Below, piece after piece: positions 19,488-29,859 of a DNA stretch of 64,000 nucleotides (position 1 is the first letter of the stretch; each line of letters opens with the position of its first letter). The notes under the pieces were generated by a model. It was not told where the DNA came from. It searched no databases and saw only the letters and a program-made list of their open reading frames with translations. Position numbers and translations under genes: made by a program. This DNA comes from a virus (lineage: Duplodnaviria > Caudoviricetes): positions 1 through 64,000 of IMG/VR virus record IMGVR_UViG_3300028805_000055; one strand, given 5' to 3'.

Positions 19488-19985
19488 ATGAAGAATTTTA
19501 TTAAACTTTTGACAATTGCTGCTATGTGCTTCTGCATGACATCATGCGTATCTACAGTACAGGCAGAAACTGATGGTGTATATGCTACCTATGACGGAGA
19601 CATAGATATACGCCTTGTGATGGCATATGGAGTTCCATATTACTCTGCTGACAACGTGCTCCTATGGTACTTGTACAGGAATGTGTACTACACTCCAAGA
19701 TACTTCAACGGAAGAGTGTATGCGTTTGACAGACATAGAACAAGACCACATTTCCCAGAGTATAGGCATGTAAGACCTGGAAGACCAGCACACGTTGACA
19801 GACCTGGTGGTAGACATATTGAACCAGGAAGACATAACGCGAGACCTGGTAATAACAGACCAACACCAGCACCGAGGGCAACTACACCTAGCAGACCAGC
19901 ACCAAGTAGGAGTGGAAGTCCTGTTCTAAGTAGAGGCTCTAGCTCAGCACCAAGGAGTGGTGGACACGTAGGAGGAAGAAGATAA
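19488..19985 (+). CDS. Putative lipoprotein with low-complexity R/P/G tail
   Basis: Lipobox-like MTSC; own Bacteroidetes promoter. Confidence 0.65.
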   Translation: MKNFIKLLTIAAMCFCMTSCVSTVQAETDGVYATYDGDIDIRLVMAYGVPYYSADNVLLWYLYRNVYYTPRYFNGRVYAFDRHRTRPHFPEYRHVRPGRPAHVDRPGGRHIEPGRHNARPGNNRPTPAPRATTPSRPAPSRSGSPVLSRGSSSAPRSGGHVGGRR

Positions 19986-20014
19986 ATTGTATAACGTTAT
20001 AAAATTTTTGAGAC

Positions 20015-20449
20015 ATGAAAAGAAGAATTATTGTTATGTTAAGTCTACTTGCAATAGCGGCTATGTCTACTTTTGCGCAAAGTAGAATGTTTGGCCGTCC
20101 GATGCCAATCAGCAGGATTAACTTGGACGAGTGCTATGAACTGTCAGTTGACATGAAGCGACTCTCTAGCACCCTGGACTTAGACGAGACGCAGAGTGGT
20201 TATCTCCAGGTGTACTACAACACTATGGTGAATGAGATTAACGATGCAATTGAGGAAGGTGGCTTCGTCAAGCAGAGACAAATTGACAAGGCTATTAGGA
20301 AGAACCTCAAGAACATGAAGAAACATCTGAATGACGAGCAGTTCAAGACATACAGCACTCTCTTGACTCTAACCTTCAGTAACAACGTTAAGACTGCTAT
20401 ATTAAATAAGGTAGAGAAGGACAGAGAAAGATTTTTCAAAAAAAAATAG
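20015..20449 (+). CDS. Secreted hypothetical protein
   Basis: Signal peptide ending STFA-Q. Confidence 0.65.
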   Translation: MKRRIIVMLSLLAIAAMSTFAQSRMFGRPMPISRINLDECYELSVDMKRLSSTLDLDETQSGYLQVYYNTMVNEINDAIEEGGFVKQRQIDKAIRKNLKNMKKHLNDEQFKTYSTLLTLTFSNNVKTAILNKVEKDRERFFKKK

Positions 20450-20544
20450 TCGAAAATTTGGAATTACGGAAAAAAATATATATCTTTGCACCGTAAATCA
20501 GAAATTTACAGAAAACATCTTTTTTTTAAACTTTTAAAATAGTT

Positions 20545-21045
20545 ATGGAAGCAAAAATTTTTGTTATCGGAGTTCCTACGTTCGGAAACGTAGTTGAGAA
20601 GATTAGTGAGGCATTGAAGGAAGCTTTTGAAAAGCCAGAGCCTCGTTGTAGCAAGCCAGCATGGACACCACGTCCTGCTCCTAAGCCACAGTGGACACCT
20701 CGTCCAAACCCATGCGGTTGTGGCGGTCCTGCCCCAGAGTGGGGAATCGCTGGAACACCAGCATGTGAGAACAAGCGTTTTGGCGCAGAGTTCAAAATCA
20801 CAGAGCCAAAAGCATCAGATTACGATGTTCGTTGGCAGTTCGAGAGCGACCACGCTGCATACGACAAGTTCGTAGAGGCTGGTGAGGACTGCATCGCTCG
20901 TGGAATGGCAACCCCAGAGAATGTAACAACTTTCCGTTGTGGAGCAATTCGCAAGCCAGTAAATTGCCCACCACCAATGAGAGAGGAAGTACCTGGAGGT
21001 GAACTCATCGGAGAAACTGACTGGTGGAACAACACTGGTTGGTAA
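20545..21045 (+). CDS. Hypothetical protein
   Basis: 166-aa ORF with its own promoter and a terminator at about 21054-21088. Confidence 0.65.
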   Translation: MEAKIFVIGVPTFGNVVEKISEALKEAFEKPEPRCSKPAWTPRPAPKPQWTPRPNPCGCGGPAPEWGIAGTPACENKRFGAEFKITEPKASDYDVRWQFESDHAAYDKFVEAGEDCIARGMATPENVTTFRCGAIRKPVNCPPPMREEVPGGELIGETDWWNNTGW

Positions 21046-21067
21046 ATAAAAAAAAATAAGAGGTGCG

Positions 21068-22009
21068 TTAAGTACCTCTTATTTTTTGTATAATAGAGTT
21101 TGTTGTTTTGAATAAACAATTATCGTATATTGAAGGCTTTTCATCAATAAGTTTATCTATTTTATCATTCGTATAATACAATATTATAACATTATTCAGC
21201 TTGCATAATTCATTTTTATTTTTATCTTGCTCTATTATTTCTTCTAGTGTCCTTTTTCTGTTGAACCTATTAGCTTTAATAAAATGTTGCTCACCTTGGC
21301 ACTCTATGGCTATATTATAATCTGGAAGATAAAAATCAACGTGCTGTCTACCAAGCCATTTGAAATGGTGTCCAACAGTAAAGTTAATATTGTTTTCAGA
21401 TAATGCCACTCTTATTTCTCTCTCTAGGTGACTTTCTCTACATAGTTTACATCCATTTCCTCGTAAGTGCTGATTAGGTGCTTGCCAAAATTCACCGTGT
21501 TCTGGACATATTATACATACTTTTTCTTGACTGTTTATATATTCGACTTTCGAATAATCATATTTATTTCCGTGAATTATATTAGCCTTTCTAATAAATT
21601 CATCTTTAGATGATAGTAATTTTTCTGAAATTGATTTTGACTTACATTTAGGACATCCTTTTCCTCTCAAATGGTTAGTTGCTAGTTGATAAAATTCTCC
21701 GTGTATTGGGCATATTATGCATACCTTTGTATGCGAGTTGATATATTTCACTTTCGAATAGTCATACTTATCACCGTGTATTTTTTTGGCTTCATTAATA
21801 AAGCTTTCAGTAGTGTGAAGATAACTACGATGAGAACATTTTGGACAGTTATTACCACTTAAATGATGATTTGGGCTTTGCCAAAATTCGCCATGTTCTG
21901 GGCATATTATGCATACTTTTGACATCGTATTAACATATTCAACTTTAGAGTAATCGTATCTATCGCCGTGTACTTTTTTTGCCTTTTCTATAAACTCATT
22001 TGTATTCAT
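21068..22009 (-). CDS. Homing-type endonuclease: three Zn-ribbon repeats + PD-(D/E)XK/Vsr-like domain
   Basis: 3x KAK.IHG.KYDYSKV.YIN...KVCIICP.HGEF.Q....HL.G..CP.C, then DFYLPDYNIAIECQGEQH; start adjusted to MNTNEF; TATTTATA upstream. Confidence 0.8.
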   Translation of the reverse strand: MNTNEFIEKAKKVHGDRYDYSKVEYVNTMSKVCIICPEHGEFWQSPNHHLSGNNCPKCSHRSYLHTTESFINEAKKIHGDKYDYSKVKYINSHTKVCIICPIHGEFYQLATNHLRGKGCPKCKSKSISEKLLSSKDEFIRKANIIHGNKYDYSKVEYINSQEKVCIICPEHGEFWQAPNQHLRGNGCKLCRESHLEREIRVALSENNINFTVGHHFKWLGRQHVDFYLPDYNIAIECQGEQHFIKANRFNRKRTLEEIIEQDKNKNELCKLNNVIILYYTNDKIDKLIDEKPSIYDNCLFKTTNSIIQKIRGT

Positions 22010-22208
22010 AATAATTTCAATTACATATATAAATATTAACCAAGTTGAATAAAATAACAATATTTAACACTATTTTTTTTGTTATCTCGTTTTTTTTGTT
22101 TATCTTTGCAGCAGAAAAGTAATAAATAGACAAGTCTGAAGGATTTAAAATCTATGAAGATGAGTCTTGGTACGAAATGGTATGTGATAACTGTTAATTA
22201 AGATAGTA

Positions 22209-22448
22209 ATGGCTCAGATTGGACGTAAACCATATTGCAAAAACTGCAAAAGGAAGTTGAACATCAACGATGATTACAGGACATACACCTGTGGAGCAGC
22301 ATATATTGCGCCAGAGAATAATGGTACTTTGGGTGAGATAGACGAAAGGTTTACACACTTGAAGAAAACATCAAGATGTCCAGAAAAGGTATACTTTGTA
22401 CCAAGATGGACAATGAAAGAAGTTCGTGAACATAATAACCATAAGTAA
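22209..22448 (+). CDS. Hypothetical Cys-containing protein
   Basis: 79-aa ORF with CxxC. Confidence 0.55.
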   Translation: MAQIGRKPYCKNCKRKLNINDDYRTYTCGAAYIAPENNGTLGEIDERFTHLKKTSRCPEKVYFVPRWTMKEVREHNNHK

Positions 22449-22449
22449 T

Positions 22450-22815
22450 ATGATAAATAATGAGACTGTTTATATCCGAAGTGTGAATAAAACTATAAGC
22501 ATGGAGGAATTCAAAAAGCATACCTACAAGGAAGGTCATGCCTACAAGATTAATGATGGATATTTCCAGAGGTGTATTGGTTTTAAGGGTTACACACCAA
22601 TCATTGATTACATATGTATTCTCAACAACGTGAATGGTGGTCACTACAATATCTCATACCAGCCAAATGGGTTGCCAATACCATCCTTGGACTTCGTGAA
22701 CAGGGTTTTGGATGGTACAATCACTGAGATTGACCCAGCCGTATACGAGAACGTATTGCTTGGTATAAAGAACATAGCACCGTCATTAAAAGCGATGATT
22801 AATAATGGAAAGTAA
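22450..22815 (+). CDS. Hypothetical protein
   Basis: ORF in operon; start adjusted to the ATG after the upstream stop. Confidence 0.6.
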   Translation: MINNETVYIRSVNKTISMEEFKKHTYKEGHAYKINDGYFQRCIGFKGYTPIIDYICILNNVNGGHYNISYQPNGLPIPSLDFVNRVLDGTITEIDPAVYENVLLGIKNIAPSLKAMINNGK

Positions 22816-23047
22816 AGTAGGTGAAGGGTTTAAATGTACACCCTGGAGTAAGCCTGGTGCGTTAAGAACGTATAAGTACAAGGGATACATCATAGAGTAT
22901 ATAGAGCAATCATGCTTTAACAGATACTCAGTTTATTACCACCATGAGTTCAGAGCATTAAAGGATGGTAAGGTTGTAACAAAGGGTCACATGAGATATT
23001 CAGATTGTGTACGTGAATTAAAAAAACTGATAGAAAATGAAAAATAA
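22805..23047 (+). CDS. Hypothetical protein
   Basis: 80-aa ORF overlapping both neighbours. Confidence 0.6.
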   Translation: MESKVGEGFKCTPWSKPGALRTYKYKGYIIEYIEQSCFNRYSVYYHHEFRALKDGKVVTKGHMRYSDCVRELKKLIENEK

Positions 23048-23720
23048 AAAAGGTTTAGGCTGTTTTGTAACAGTCTTCATAATTGCAATCATTTCGGCAA
23101 TTACCTTCGTCATTGTCGTTGGAGGTAAAGCTGCTATTGATAAGGCTGGAGAAAAGCTTGCTGAATACAAGGACAGTACCTATAACCTTGTTGCAGATGC
23201 TTTCAGCATTGAGCGAGTCAAGAAAGATACGGTTAAGGGGCTTACTGAAATGGGTATTATCAACGATACACTATCAAAGCCAGCACCTATCACCAACCAG
23301 GTTGACAGTTCTGTAATTAAGGTAAAGCTTGAGATACATAAAAACATGATGTATATCAGACCGAAAATCAATGGTGTTGAAATGCGTTTCTTGCTTGATA
23401 CAGGATGTTCTGACATACACCTAACGCCAGTTGAGGTCTTATTCTTGGAACACCAGGGTCTGCTTGATTCCAAGAAACCTGTTGGAACAGCAACCTGCAT
23501 ATATGCCGATGGTCAAGAACATGAATGTGTGGAGTACATACTGAAATCAGTAGAACTTGCTGGTATCAAGATTGATTCGGTAAAATGTACATCAGACCCA
23601 GAAGGTGGTAGTGCTGATGACTCACCTCTGTTCGGGCAAACAATGCTTGGGAAGTTTGGAGACATAATGATAAATTACAGTGATTCAACATTAATAATTA
23701 AGAAGAAATATGGCAAATAA
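23037..23720 (+). CDS. Membrane-anchored retropepsin-like aspartic protease
   Basis: N-terminal TM helix; FLLDTGCS; LFGQTML. Confidence 0.8.
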   Translation: MKNKKGLGCFVTVFIIAIISAITFVIVVGGKAAIDKAGEKLAEYKDSTYNLVADAFSIERVKKDTVKGLTEMGIINDTLSKPAPITNQVDSSVIKVKLEIHKNMMYIRPKINGVEMRFLLDTGCSDIHLTPVEVLFLEHQGLLDSKKPVGTATCIYADGQEHECVEYILKSVELAGIKIDSVKCTSDPEGGSADDSPLFGQTMLGKFGDIMINYSDSTLIIKKKYGK

Positions 23721-24513
23721 AAGAGATAGCCTGGGTGACAGGATGAAAAACTACTACGAGAACAGGGCTAAGACCTATCTCGTTAGACGTATGCCAGTTA
23801 TTGTCAGACTGGATGGTAAAGCATTCCACACCTTCACACGTGGCTTCGATAAGCCGTTTGATAAGGTGCTGATGAAGGCGATGCAAGAGACAACCCTTAA
23901 GCTGTGTCAGAAAATCCAGGGTTGTGTTCTTGGCTACACTCAGTCAGACGAGATTACTCTTGTGCTGGTTGACTATGAGACACTGGATACTGATGCTTGG
24001 TTCGACTACAGCGTACAGAAGATGTGCTCAGTGGTTGCTTCTATGTGTACACTGTACTTCAATCACAAGTTGATTGATGCATATGCAGAGTGGTTTACGG
24101 ACGCATATAGCAAAGTAGAGGTTAGCGAGGACGCACATAAGTTTAACAAAGTTTATGAAAAAGCCATTGAGAAGGGCGCAATGTTCGACGCACGTGTGTT
24201 CAACATCCCTGTTGAGGAAGTAACCAACTGTATTCTCTGGAGACAGCAGGATGCTACACGTAATTCCATTTCCTCACTGGCACAGTCCAAGTTCTCCTAC
24301 AGAGAGCTGCATGGAAAGAACTCAAGCCAGATGCAGGATATGCTAATGGATAACTTCGGTATCAACTGGAACAACCTCACCGTTCCAGAGAAACGTGGTA
24401 CAGCTGTCATTAAGAAAGACGGAGAGTGGACTATTGACTACAATATGCCAATTCTTAAGGGTGAGGATAGAAACTATGTAGATAATTTAATCAAGTTTGA
24501 AAATGAAAACTAA
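23710..24513 (+). CDS. thg1: tRNA(His) guanylyltransferase Thg1-like protein
   Basis: RMKNYYE, VRLDGKAFHTFT, YTQSDEI, FDARVF, WRQQDATRNS, KRG. Confidence 0.92.
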   Translation: MANKRDSLGDRMKNYYENRAKTYLVRRMPVIVRLDGKAFHTFTRGFDKPFDKVLMKAMQETTLKLCQKIQGCVLGYTQSDEITLVLVDYETLDTDAWFDYSVQKMCSVVASMCTLYFNHKLIDAYAEWFTDAYSKVEVSEDAHKFNKVYEKAIEKGAMFDARVFNIPVEEVTNCILWRQQDATRNSISSLAQSKFSYRELHGKNSSQMQDMLMDNFGINWNNLTVPEKRGTAVIKKDGEWTIDYNMPILKGEDRNYVDNLIKFENEN

Positions 24514-25711
24514 TTTCGATATTATCAGAGAAGATGGTAGACTCCTTTACGAGTACGTTAGGGGTTCTCACCTCTATGGACTGAACAACGAGGATTCAGA
24601 CGTTGACAGCAGCGGTCTCTTCATTGCCCCGCACGATACCCTGCTTGGTATCGGTCTTGGCTACCAGGAGCTTGTTGCTGACGCGAAGAACGATAACACC
24701 TGGTATGAGCTTCGTAAGTATATGCATATGCTTATGAAGTCAAACCCCAGCATTATCGAGTCACTCTTTGTTCCAGAAGATAAGGTTATTACCAAGCCTT
24801 CTCCTATTCTTGCTGAGTTGTTTGCAAACAAGGATAAGTTCATTACCAAGCAGTGCTTTGCACCGTTTGTAGGTTATGCTGTGCAGCAGATTGGTAAGGC
24901 TCGTGGACTGAACAAGAAGATTGTAAATCCTATGCACGAGCGTCTGACTCCGTTCGACTTTGCTTATACCTTCTACAAACAGGGTAGTACCAAGATTAAG
25001 GATTGGCTTGATAATCGTGGACTTAATAAGGATTTCTGTGGTCTTGTACATATCCCAAATATGCACGATACCTATGGAGTGTACTACGACTGGGGTGCTC
25101 ACTTCGAGGCAAATGGCATTAAAAATTATGATGGCATAAATGCATCGCTTTCTAGTTTTATAGCAACATTTTATGACTTTAAAAATCTCGATGAGGCATA
25201 TGAATGGTTCGAGCAGAATAAGGAGGTAAAGCATTATCGTGGTATGTGCCTTGATGAGGCTACTGATATGCGTGGTTCTTCTGTTGCAAAGGGTGAGAAA
25301 CCTATTGTACATATGGTATATAATGAGAGTGGCTTCAAAGACCACTGCAAGAAGTATAAGGAGTACAAGGACTGGGAGCAGAATCGTAACCAGAAGCGTT
25401 ATGAGTCAAACCTCGACAAGAACTATGACTCAAAGAACATGATGCACTGCATCAGACTTATCCGTATGGGTAAGGAGATTGCAAACGGTGACGGACTGAT
25501 TCTTGACAGACGTGTTGCTGGTGACAGAGACTTTCTTATGGCTGTCAGAAACCATCAGTTCGAGTATGATGAACTTATGGAAATTGTAAACAAGGACAAG
25601 GAAAATCTCGACGAAGCTATTGAGAAATCAGCACTTCCTAAGAAGATTGATGAGTCATTTGTAAATGACCTTCTTATCGACATAAGGAAGAAGGCTTATC
25701 ATTTATCTTAA
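24503..25711 (+). CDS. Predicted nucleotidyltransferase (Pol-beta superfamily, YcgL-like)
   Basis: RGSHLYGLNNEDSDVD, ELRKY...KSNPSIIE, YDSKNMMHCIRL. Confidence 0.85.
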   Translation: MKTNFDIIREDGRLLYEYVRGSHLYGLNNEDSDVDSSGLFIAPHDTLLGIGLGYQELVADAKNDNTWYELRKYMHMLMKSNPSIIESLFVPEDKVITKPSPILAELFANKDKFITKQCFAPFVGYAVQQIGKARGLNKKIVNPMHERLTPFDFAYTFYKQGSTKIKDWLDNRGLNKDFCGLVHIPNMHDTYGVYYDWGAHFEANGIKNYDGINASLSSFIATFYDFKNLDEAYEWFEQNKEVKHYRGMCLDEATDMRGSSVAKGEKPIVHMVYNESGFKDHCKKYKEYKDWEQNRNQKRYESNLDKNYDSKNMMHCIRLIRMGKEIANGDGLILDRRVAGDRDFLMAVRNHQFEYDELMEIVNKDKENLDEAIEKSALPKKIDESFVNDLLIDIRKKAYHLS

Positions 25712-25796
25712 AAAGTGTTAAGGAATTTTGTTTTCTCACAGAAAATATATATCTTTGCACCGTGAATTAGAAATTTAACTAACAAACAGTTTTAAA

Positions 25797-26642
25797 ATGA
25801 ATAGACAGATTTTACTTTCAGCCTCTAGCGAGTGGGTTCGCCAGGCTAAGAATGACATTCGTAACAGAATGATGCAGTTTATGCAGGAGGTTAACACTTC
25901 TCGCAGTGAGTTGGCTTACGCACTTGCAATTTCCGAGGCAGAGCTGGCGCAGATTCTCGATGGAAACGGTGAGATTACCCTCACTACCTTTGCAAAGTTG
26001 CTCATCGCAACTGGCAACGTCCTTGAGATTAAGCCCGTAGAGGAGTCTCCTCTCGCTATGGAAAACGGTGCTCCCGTTCCTCCAGCAGAGCAGCCACAGG
26101 GTTTCACTCCACAGGGTCGCCCTATTCCAAACCATTCACAGCGCCCGCAGGGAGGCTTCGGTCCTGGTACACCTATGCCAATGCCACAGCGTCCAGGTGC
26201 TCCTATGCGTCGCCCAGGTGCAATGCCCCCACCTCCTCCAGGTCTGTTTGATGACTTCCATCGCCAGGAAATGCCCGAACCAGCTCCCGTAGCTGTTCAG
26301 CCTCGTGGTGCTAACGGCAGATTCAAGCCTTGGCCAAAGCCAGCAGGAGCAGCAGGTCAGCAGCAGCGTCCTCCTTTCAACACGATGGAGCGCGAGCAGC
26401 TCGTGGACATCATCCAGAGCAAGCTGTGGGACGGTGAAATTGACGTTGAGGGTGCAAGCCGTGAGCAGCTCGTACACTTCCTTGAGGACAAGGACAGACG
26501 TATGGCAGAGCTTCGTGCAGCACGTAACGGTGGTGCTCCAATTGACCCCTCAGTGGTCAACCTTAAGAACAAAATCAAGGACACCCTTGAGAAGAACCCC
26601 CACCTGCGTAACTACCTCCGTGACATCTTCCAGGATGAGTAA
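25797..26642 (+). CDS. XRE-type HTH protein with Pro/Gln-rich tail
   Basis: SRSELAYALAISEAELAQILDGNGEITLTT. Confidence 0.65.
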   Translation: MNRQILLSASSEWVRQAKNDIRNRMMQFMQEVNTSRSELAYALAISEAELAQILDGNGEITLTTFAKLLIATGNVLEIKPVEESPLAMENGAPVPPAEQPQGFTPQGRPIPNHSQRPQGGFGPGTPMPMPQRPGAPMRRPGAMPPPPPGLFDDFHRQEMPEPAPVAVQPRGANGRFKPWPKPAGAAGQQQRPPFNTMEREQLVDIIQSKLWDGEIDVEGASREQLVHFLEDKDRRMAELRAARNGGAPIDPSVVNLKNKIKDTLEKNPHLRNYLRDIFQDE

Positions 26643-26756
26643 AAGGAGAACGTAGACAGAAAAAAAATGGACTAGATTCGCTTCTAGTTCATTTTTTTGT
26701 TTTGATAAATTTGTTTTTTTAACTTTTTTTATATATCTTTGCACTAAAAGAAAAAG

Positions 26757-28550
26757 ATGGCAAGAAAGAAGAAAGAAGTTGATAATTTTGTACCTAGCAA
26801 GTATCAGACGGCCATATTCGACCAGATACTTCATGGTAGTGGTCATATAGTAGTAGAGGCTGCTGCTGGTGCTGGAAAGACAACAACACTTATCAAATGC
26901 CTTGAACTGATACCAGATGACAAGAAAATACTGATGGTAGCGTTCAACAGGGACATTGTGGAGGAACTAACCAAGAAGACAAAGAAGTTTGAAAACGTGG
27001 AGGTAAAGACACTTCACGGCCTTGGTTTTACCATGATTAAGAGAAACCTCCCGACAACATCTATTGTTCCAGAACCATTCAAGTATGAGTCACACATAAG
27101 GAACTTCATACGTGATTATACCACTATAAACCTCCGTAGGTTATCACCAAAGGACTACTTCAAGTATATGGATAATATCAAGAAGTATGTTGATTTCGGA
27201 AGATTTTATCTCTGTCAGACTGAGAAAGACCTGGAGTTCATAGAAACCAGATATGGCATCGAGACGTTTGCTGACGAAAAGTCTGTAGCATTGAAGGTTA
27301 TGGAGTGGGGAAAGAACCATCTGGAAGATATAGATTATACAGATATGGTATGGTTGCCTCATGTGCTTAATTTAAAGCCACTGGGACTGCTTTACGACTT
27401 CATTATGGTAGATGAGTGCCAGGACATGAACAAAGCCGAGAGAGAGCTTGTGTTGAAGTGTTTCAAGATGGGCACGAGGCTTATCTCCATTGGTGACAGA
27501 AACCAGTGCCTCTATAGTTTTGCGGGGGCCGACCCAGAGTCATTCAATAAGATACTATCAATACCTAATACCACATGTCTACCACTCAGTATCTCATATC
27601 GTTGTGGAAGGAACATTGTTGACTACGCAAAGCAGATTGTACCTTCTATAGAATGGAATGAAGCTGGAGGTAGAGAAGGTAAGGTATTATATGATGTACC
27701 ACTGGATATGGTAGAGGATGGTGACATGATACTGTGCAGAAACAATGCACCACTTATCCAAGTCTATAACGAGTTTCTGAAGATTGGTAAGAAAGCCTTC
27801 ATTAGGGGCAAAGATATAGGAAACAATCTGAAGAAACTTGTCACCAGTACAAAACAGGATGTAATCAATGCCGACTGTAGATTTGATGGTTTATTTGTGA
27901 GACTCTACGATGATTTGTTTACCACGAGGAATAACATCATGGTACGCTCTGGAATCGACGCTCAGACAGCCTTAAAAAGTCCTATAATCGAAAATAAGAT
28001 GGATATGATAAAGGCTCTTGAGATATTGTCAGAGGGAATCAACCAAACGGATGAGCTTATCAAGAGAATCGATAAGATATTCCCGAAGGGCGACAAAAAT
28101 GGAACTGGAATAGCATTGTCAACCATTCACAAGGCTAAAGGTTTGGAGGCAAATAACGTCTACATCGTCTGTCCTTCACTCATGCCTAGCAAGGCAGCAC
28201 AGAAGGACTGGGAGATAAGGCAGGAACAAAACCTCATGTATGTGGCGTACACCAGGGCAAAGGACACGCTTGGTTTTATCGACGAGAAAGACTTCCAGGA
28301 TTTTGATGCAACTAACGCTAATAGTACGTCAAGACTTGCAAGGATTGAGTACCAGGTTAACAGGGTTCTTGGGAAGTCAACTACCACAATCATTACGGAG
28401 AGTTCAGCAAGGGCTATAATTGCCAATGCGAAGCCAGTAGAGAAGAGAATACCTACAAGTTCCACAATCAGTATGAATTCTTCGAGAGGAATTAATTCAT
28501 TCAATGATATATTTAGAAATAAGAAAAACGTAAAAATTAGAAGAAGATGA
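26757..28550 (+). CDS. UvrD/Rep-like SF1 helicase
   Basis: AAAGAGKTT, DECQD, GDRNQCLYSFAGAD, SYRCG, STIHKAKGLE, YVAYTRAK. Confidence 0.93.
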   Translation: MARKKKEVDNFVPSKYQTAIFDQILHGSGHIVVEAAAGAGKTTTLIKCLELIPDDKKILMVAFNRDIVEELTKKTKKFENVEVKTLHGLGFTMIKRNLPTTSIVPEPFKYESHIRNFIRDYTTINLRRLSPKDYFKYMDNIKKYVDFGRFYLCQTEKDLEFIETRYGIETFADEKSVALKVMEWGKNHLEDIDYTDMVWLPHVLNLKPLGLLYDFIMVDECQDMNKAERELVLKCFKMGTRLISIGDRNQCLYSFAGADPESFNKILSIPNTTCLPLSISYRCGRNIVDYAKQIVPSIEWNEAGGREGKVLYDVPLDMVEDGDMILCRNNAPLIQVYNEFLKIGKKAFIRGKDIGNNLKKLVTSTKQDVINADCRFDGLFVRLYDDLFTTRNNIMVRSGIDAQTALKSPIIENKMDMIKALEILSEGINQTDELIKRIDKIFPKGDKNGTGIALSTIHKAKGLEANNVYIVCPSLMPSKAAQKDWEIRQEQNLMYVAYTRAKDTLGFIDEKDFQDFDATNANSTSRLARIEYQVNRVLGKSTTTIITESSARAIIANAKPVEKRIPTSSTISMNSSRGINSFNDIFRNKKNVKIRRR

Positions 28551-28882
28551 ATACAAATAAAGTAAAAAAAATTGTAAAGTATTCTGCTGACTGGTGTGTA
28601 CCATGTAGAAACTATACACCTACATTTAGGAAAGTCAGTGAAATGGAGGAATATAAGGATTTGGAATTTGAGGTAATCGATATCGAGAAACGCAGGGATA
28701 TGTCCCCTACATTCGAGAAGCTTGGTATTAGGTCAATACCAACCACAATCCTGTTTGATGAGAACGACAGCCCAATCTACAAGGTCATGGGTAATATACC
28801 ACTCAAGGACTTGATAGACCTTATCAACACTGCCTTACAAGACAGGAGTGAGGAAGAAGAGAAAGAAGAAGAGGAGGAATAA
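28547..28882 (+). CDS. Thioredoxin
   Basis: ADWCVPC; GIRSIPT. Confidence 0.9.
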   Translation: MNTNKVKKIVKYSADWCVPCRNYTPTFRKVSEMEEYKDLEFEVIDIEKRRDMSPTFEKLGIRSIPTTILFDENDSPIYKVMGNIPLKDLIDLINTALQDRSEEEEKEEEEE

Positions 28883-28884
28883 CT

Positions 28885-29745
28885 ATGATTATCGGATTTG
28901 CAGGTAGAATGAGAGGTGGAAAGTCAGAGCTTGCAAAGGTCTGCGAAGACCTTGGGTATAAAAAGCTGTATTTTGCATTACCGCTTAAACAACTCTGTGC
29001 AGACCTCCTGGATATTTCCATCGATGGACTCAACGAAGCAAAAAACAAGGGAATCGATATAGGAATTACAATTGGTGACGATATGTGCGAGATTCTTGCT
29101 GAAGAGACTGAGATACCATTGGATGTCGTAAGGGAGAAGTGTCACGGTAAAGTCATAAACACCGTGAGACAGATGCTTCAGTTCATAGGTACTGACTTAA
29201 TCAGAGAATATAACAAGGATTGGCACGTCAACAGGATACGCGCCATGATAAACCCAAATGAAAATTATGTGATTGATGACGTAAGATTCAAGAATGAGAA
29301 GGAACTCATAGATGAGCTTGGTGGTGACTGCTGGTTTGTCACCAGGACATCACTGGAGAACATATCAAACCATGAGTCGGAGACATCACTTACCTGGCAT
29401 GATTGCTGGAACAGGATTATAATAAATGACAACACGTTACATTATCTATTGTTTAAATGGGGGGCTTTCATGGATAATTATGAAAGGTCTTGCGCCTTTA
29501 GGGATAAAGAGTTTAATAGAATACTGGAAAATGGTACTGAGGGTGAAATAACAAAGATGTCAACCCTTGACATGCTCATGCTATCAAGGGATATGTTCAC
29601 CTACTCACCAATAGAATTTAACAAGGATGCAATAAAGAGTGTAGAAATGCTGGATAATAACGGTGTTAAGATTACATACAACGATGATACATACGAATTT
29701 GTCTATAACGCACTTAACATCGAAGACCTAAAAATGATACTTTAA
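28885..29745 (+). CDS. Deoxynucleoside monophosphate kinase
   Basis: IIGFAGRMRGGKS, FALPLK, RQMLQFIGTD, DDVRFKNE, HESE. Confidence 0.88.
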   Translation: MIIGFAGRMRGGKSELAKVCEDLGYKKLYFALPLKQLCADLLDISIDGLNEAKNKGIDIGITIGDDMCEILAEETEIPLDVVREKCHGKVINTVRQMLQFIGTDLIREYNKDWHVNRIRAMINPNENYVIDDVRFKNEKELIDELGGDCWFVTRTSLENISNHESETSLTWHDCWNRIIINDNTLHYLLFKWGAFMDNYERSCAFRDKEFNRILENGTEGEITKMSTLDMLMLSRDMFTYSPIEFNKDAIKSVEMLDNNGVKITYNDDTYEFVYNALNIEDLKMIL

Positions 29746-29859
29746 CAGACTTTAACCACAATTTTTTGCTTTTTAGGAAAAAAATATATAACTTTGCACA
29801 AAATTTACAATAGACACAATATTTTTGCACCCTAATATCATATTTATATAAAAAGGTAT

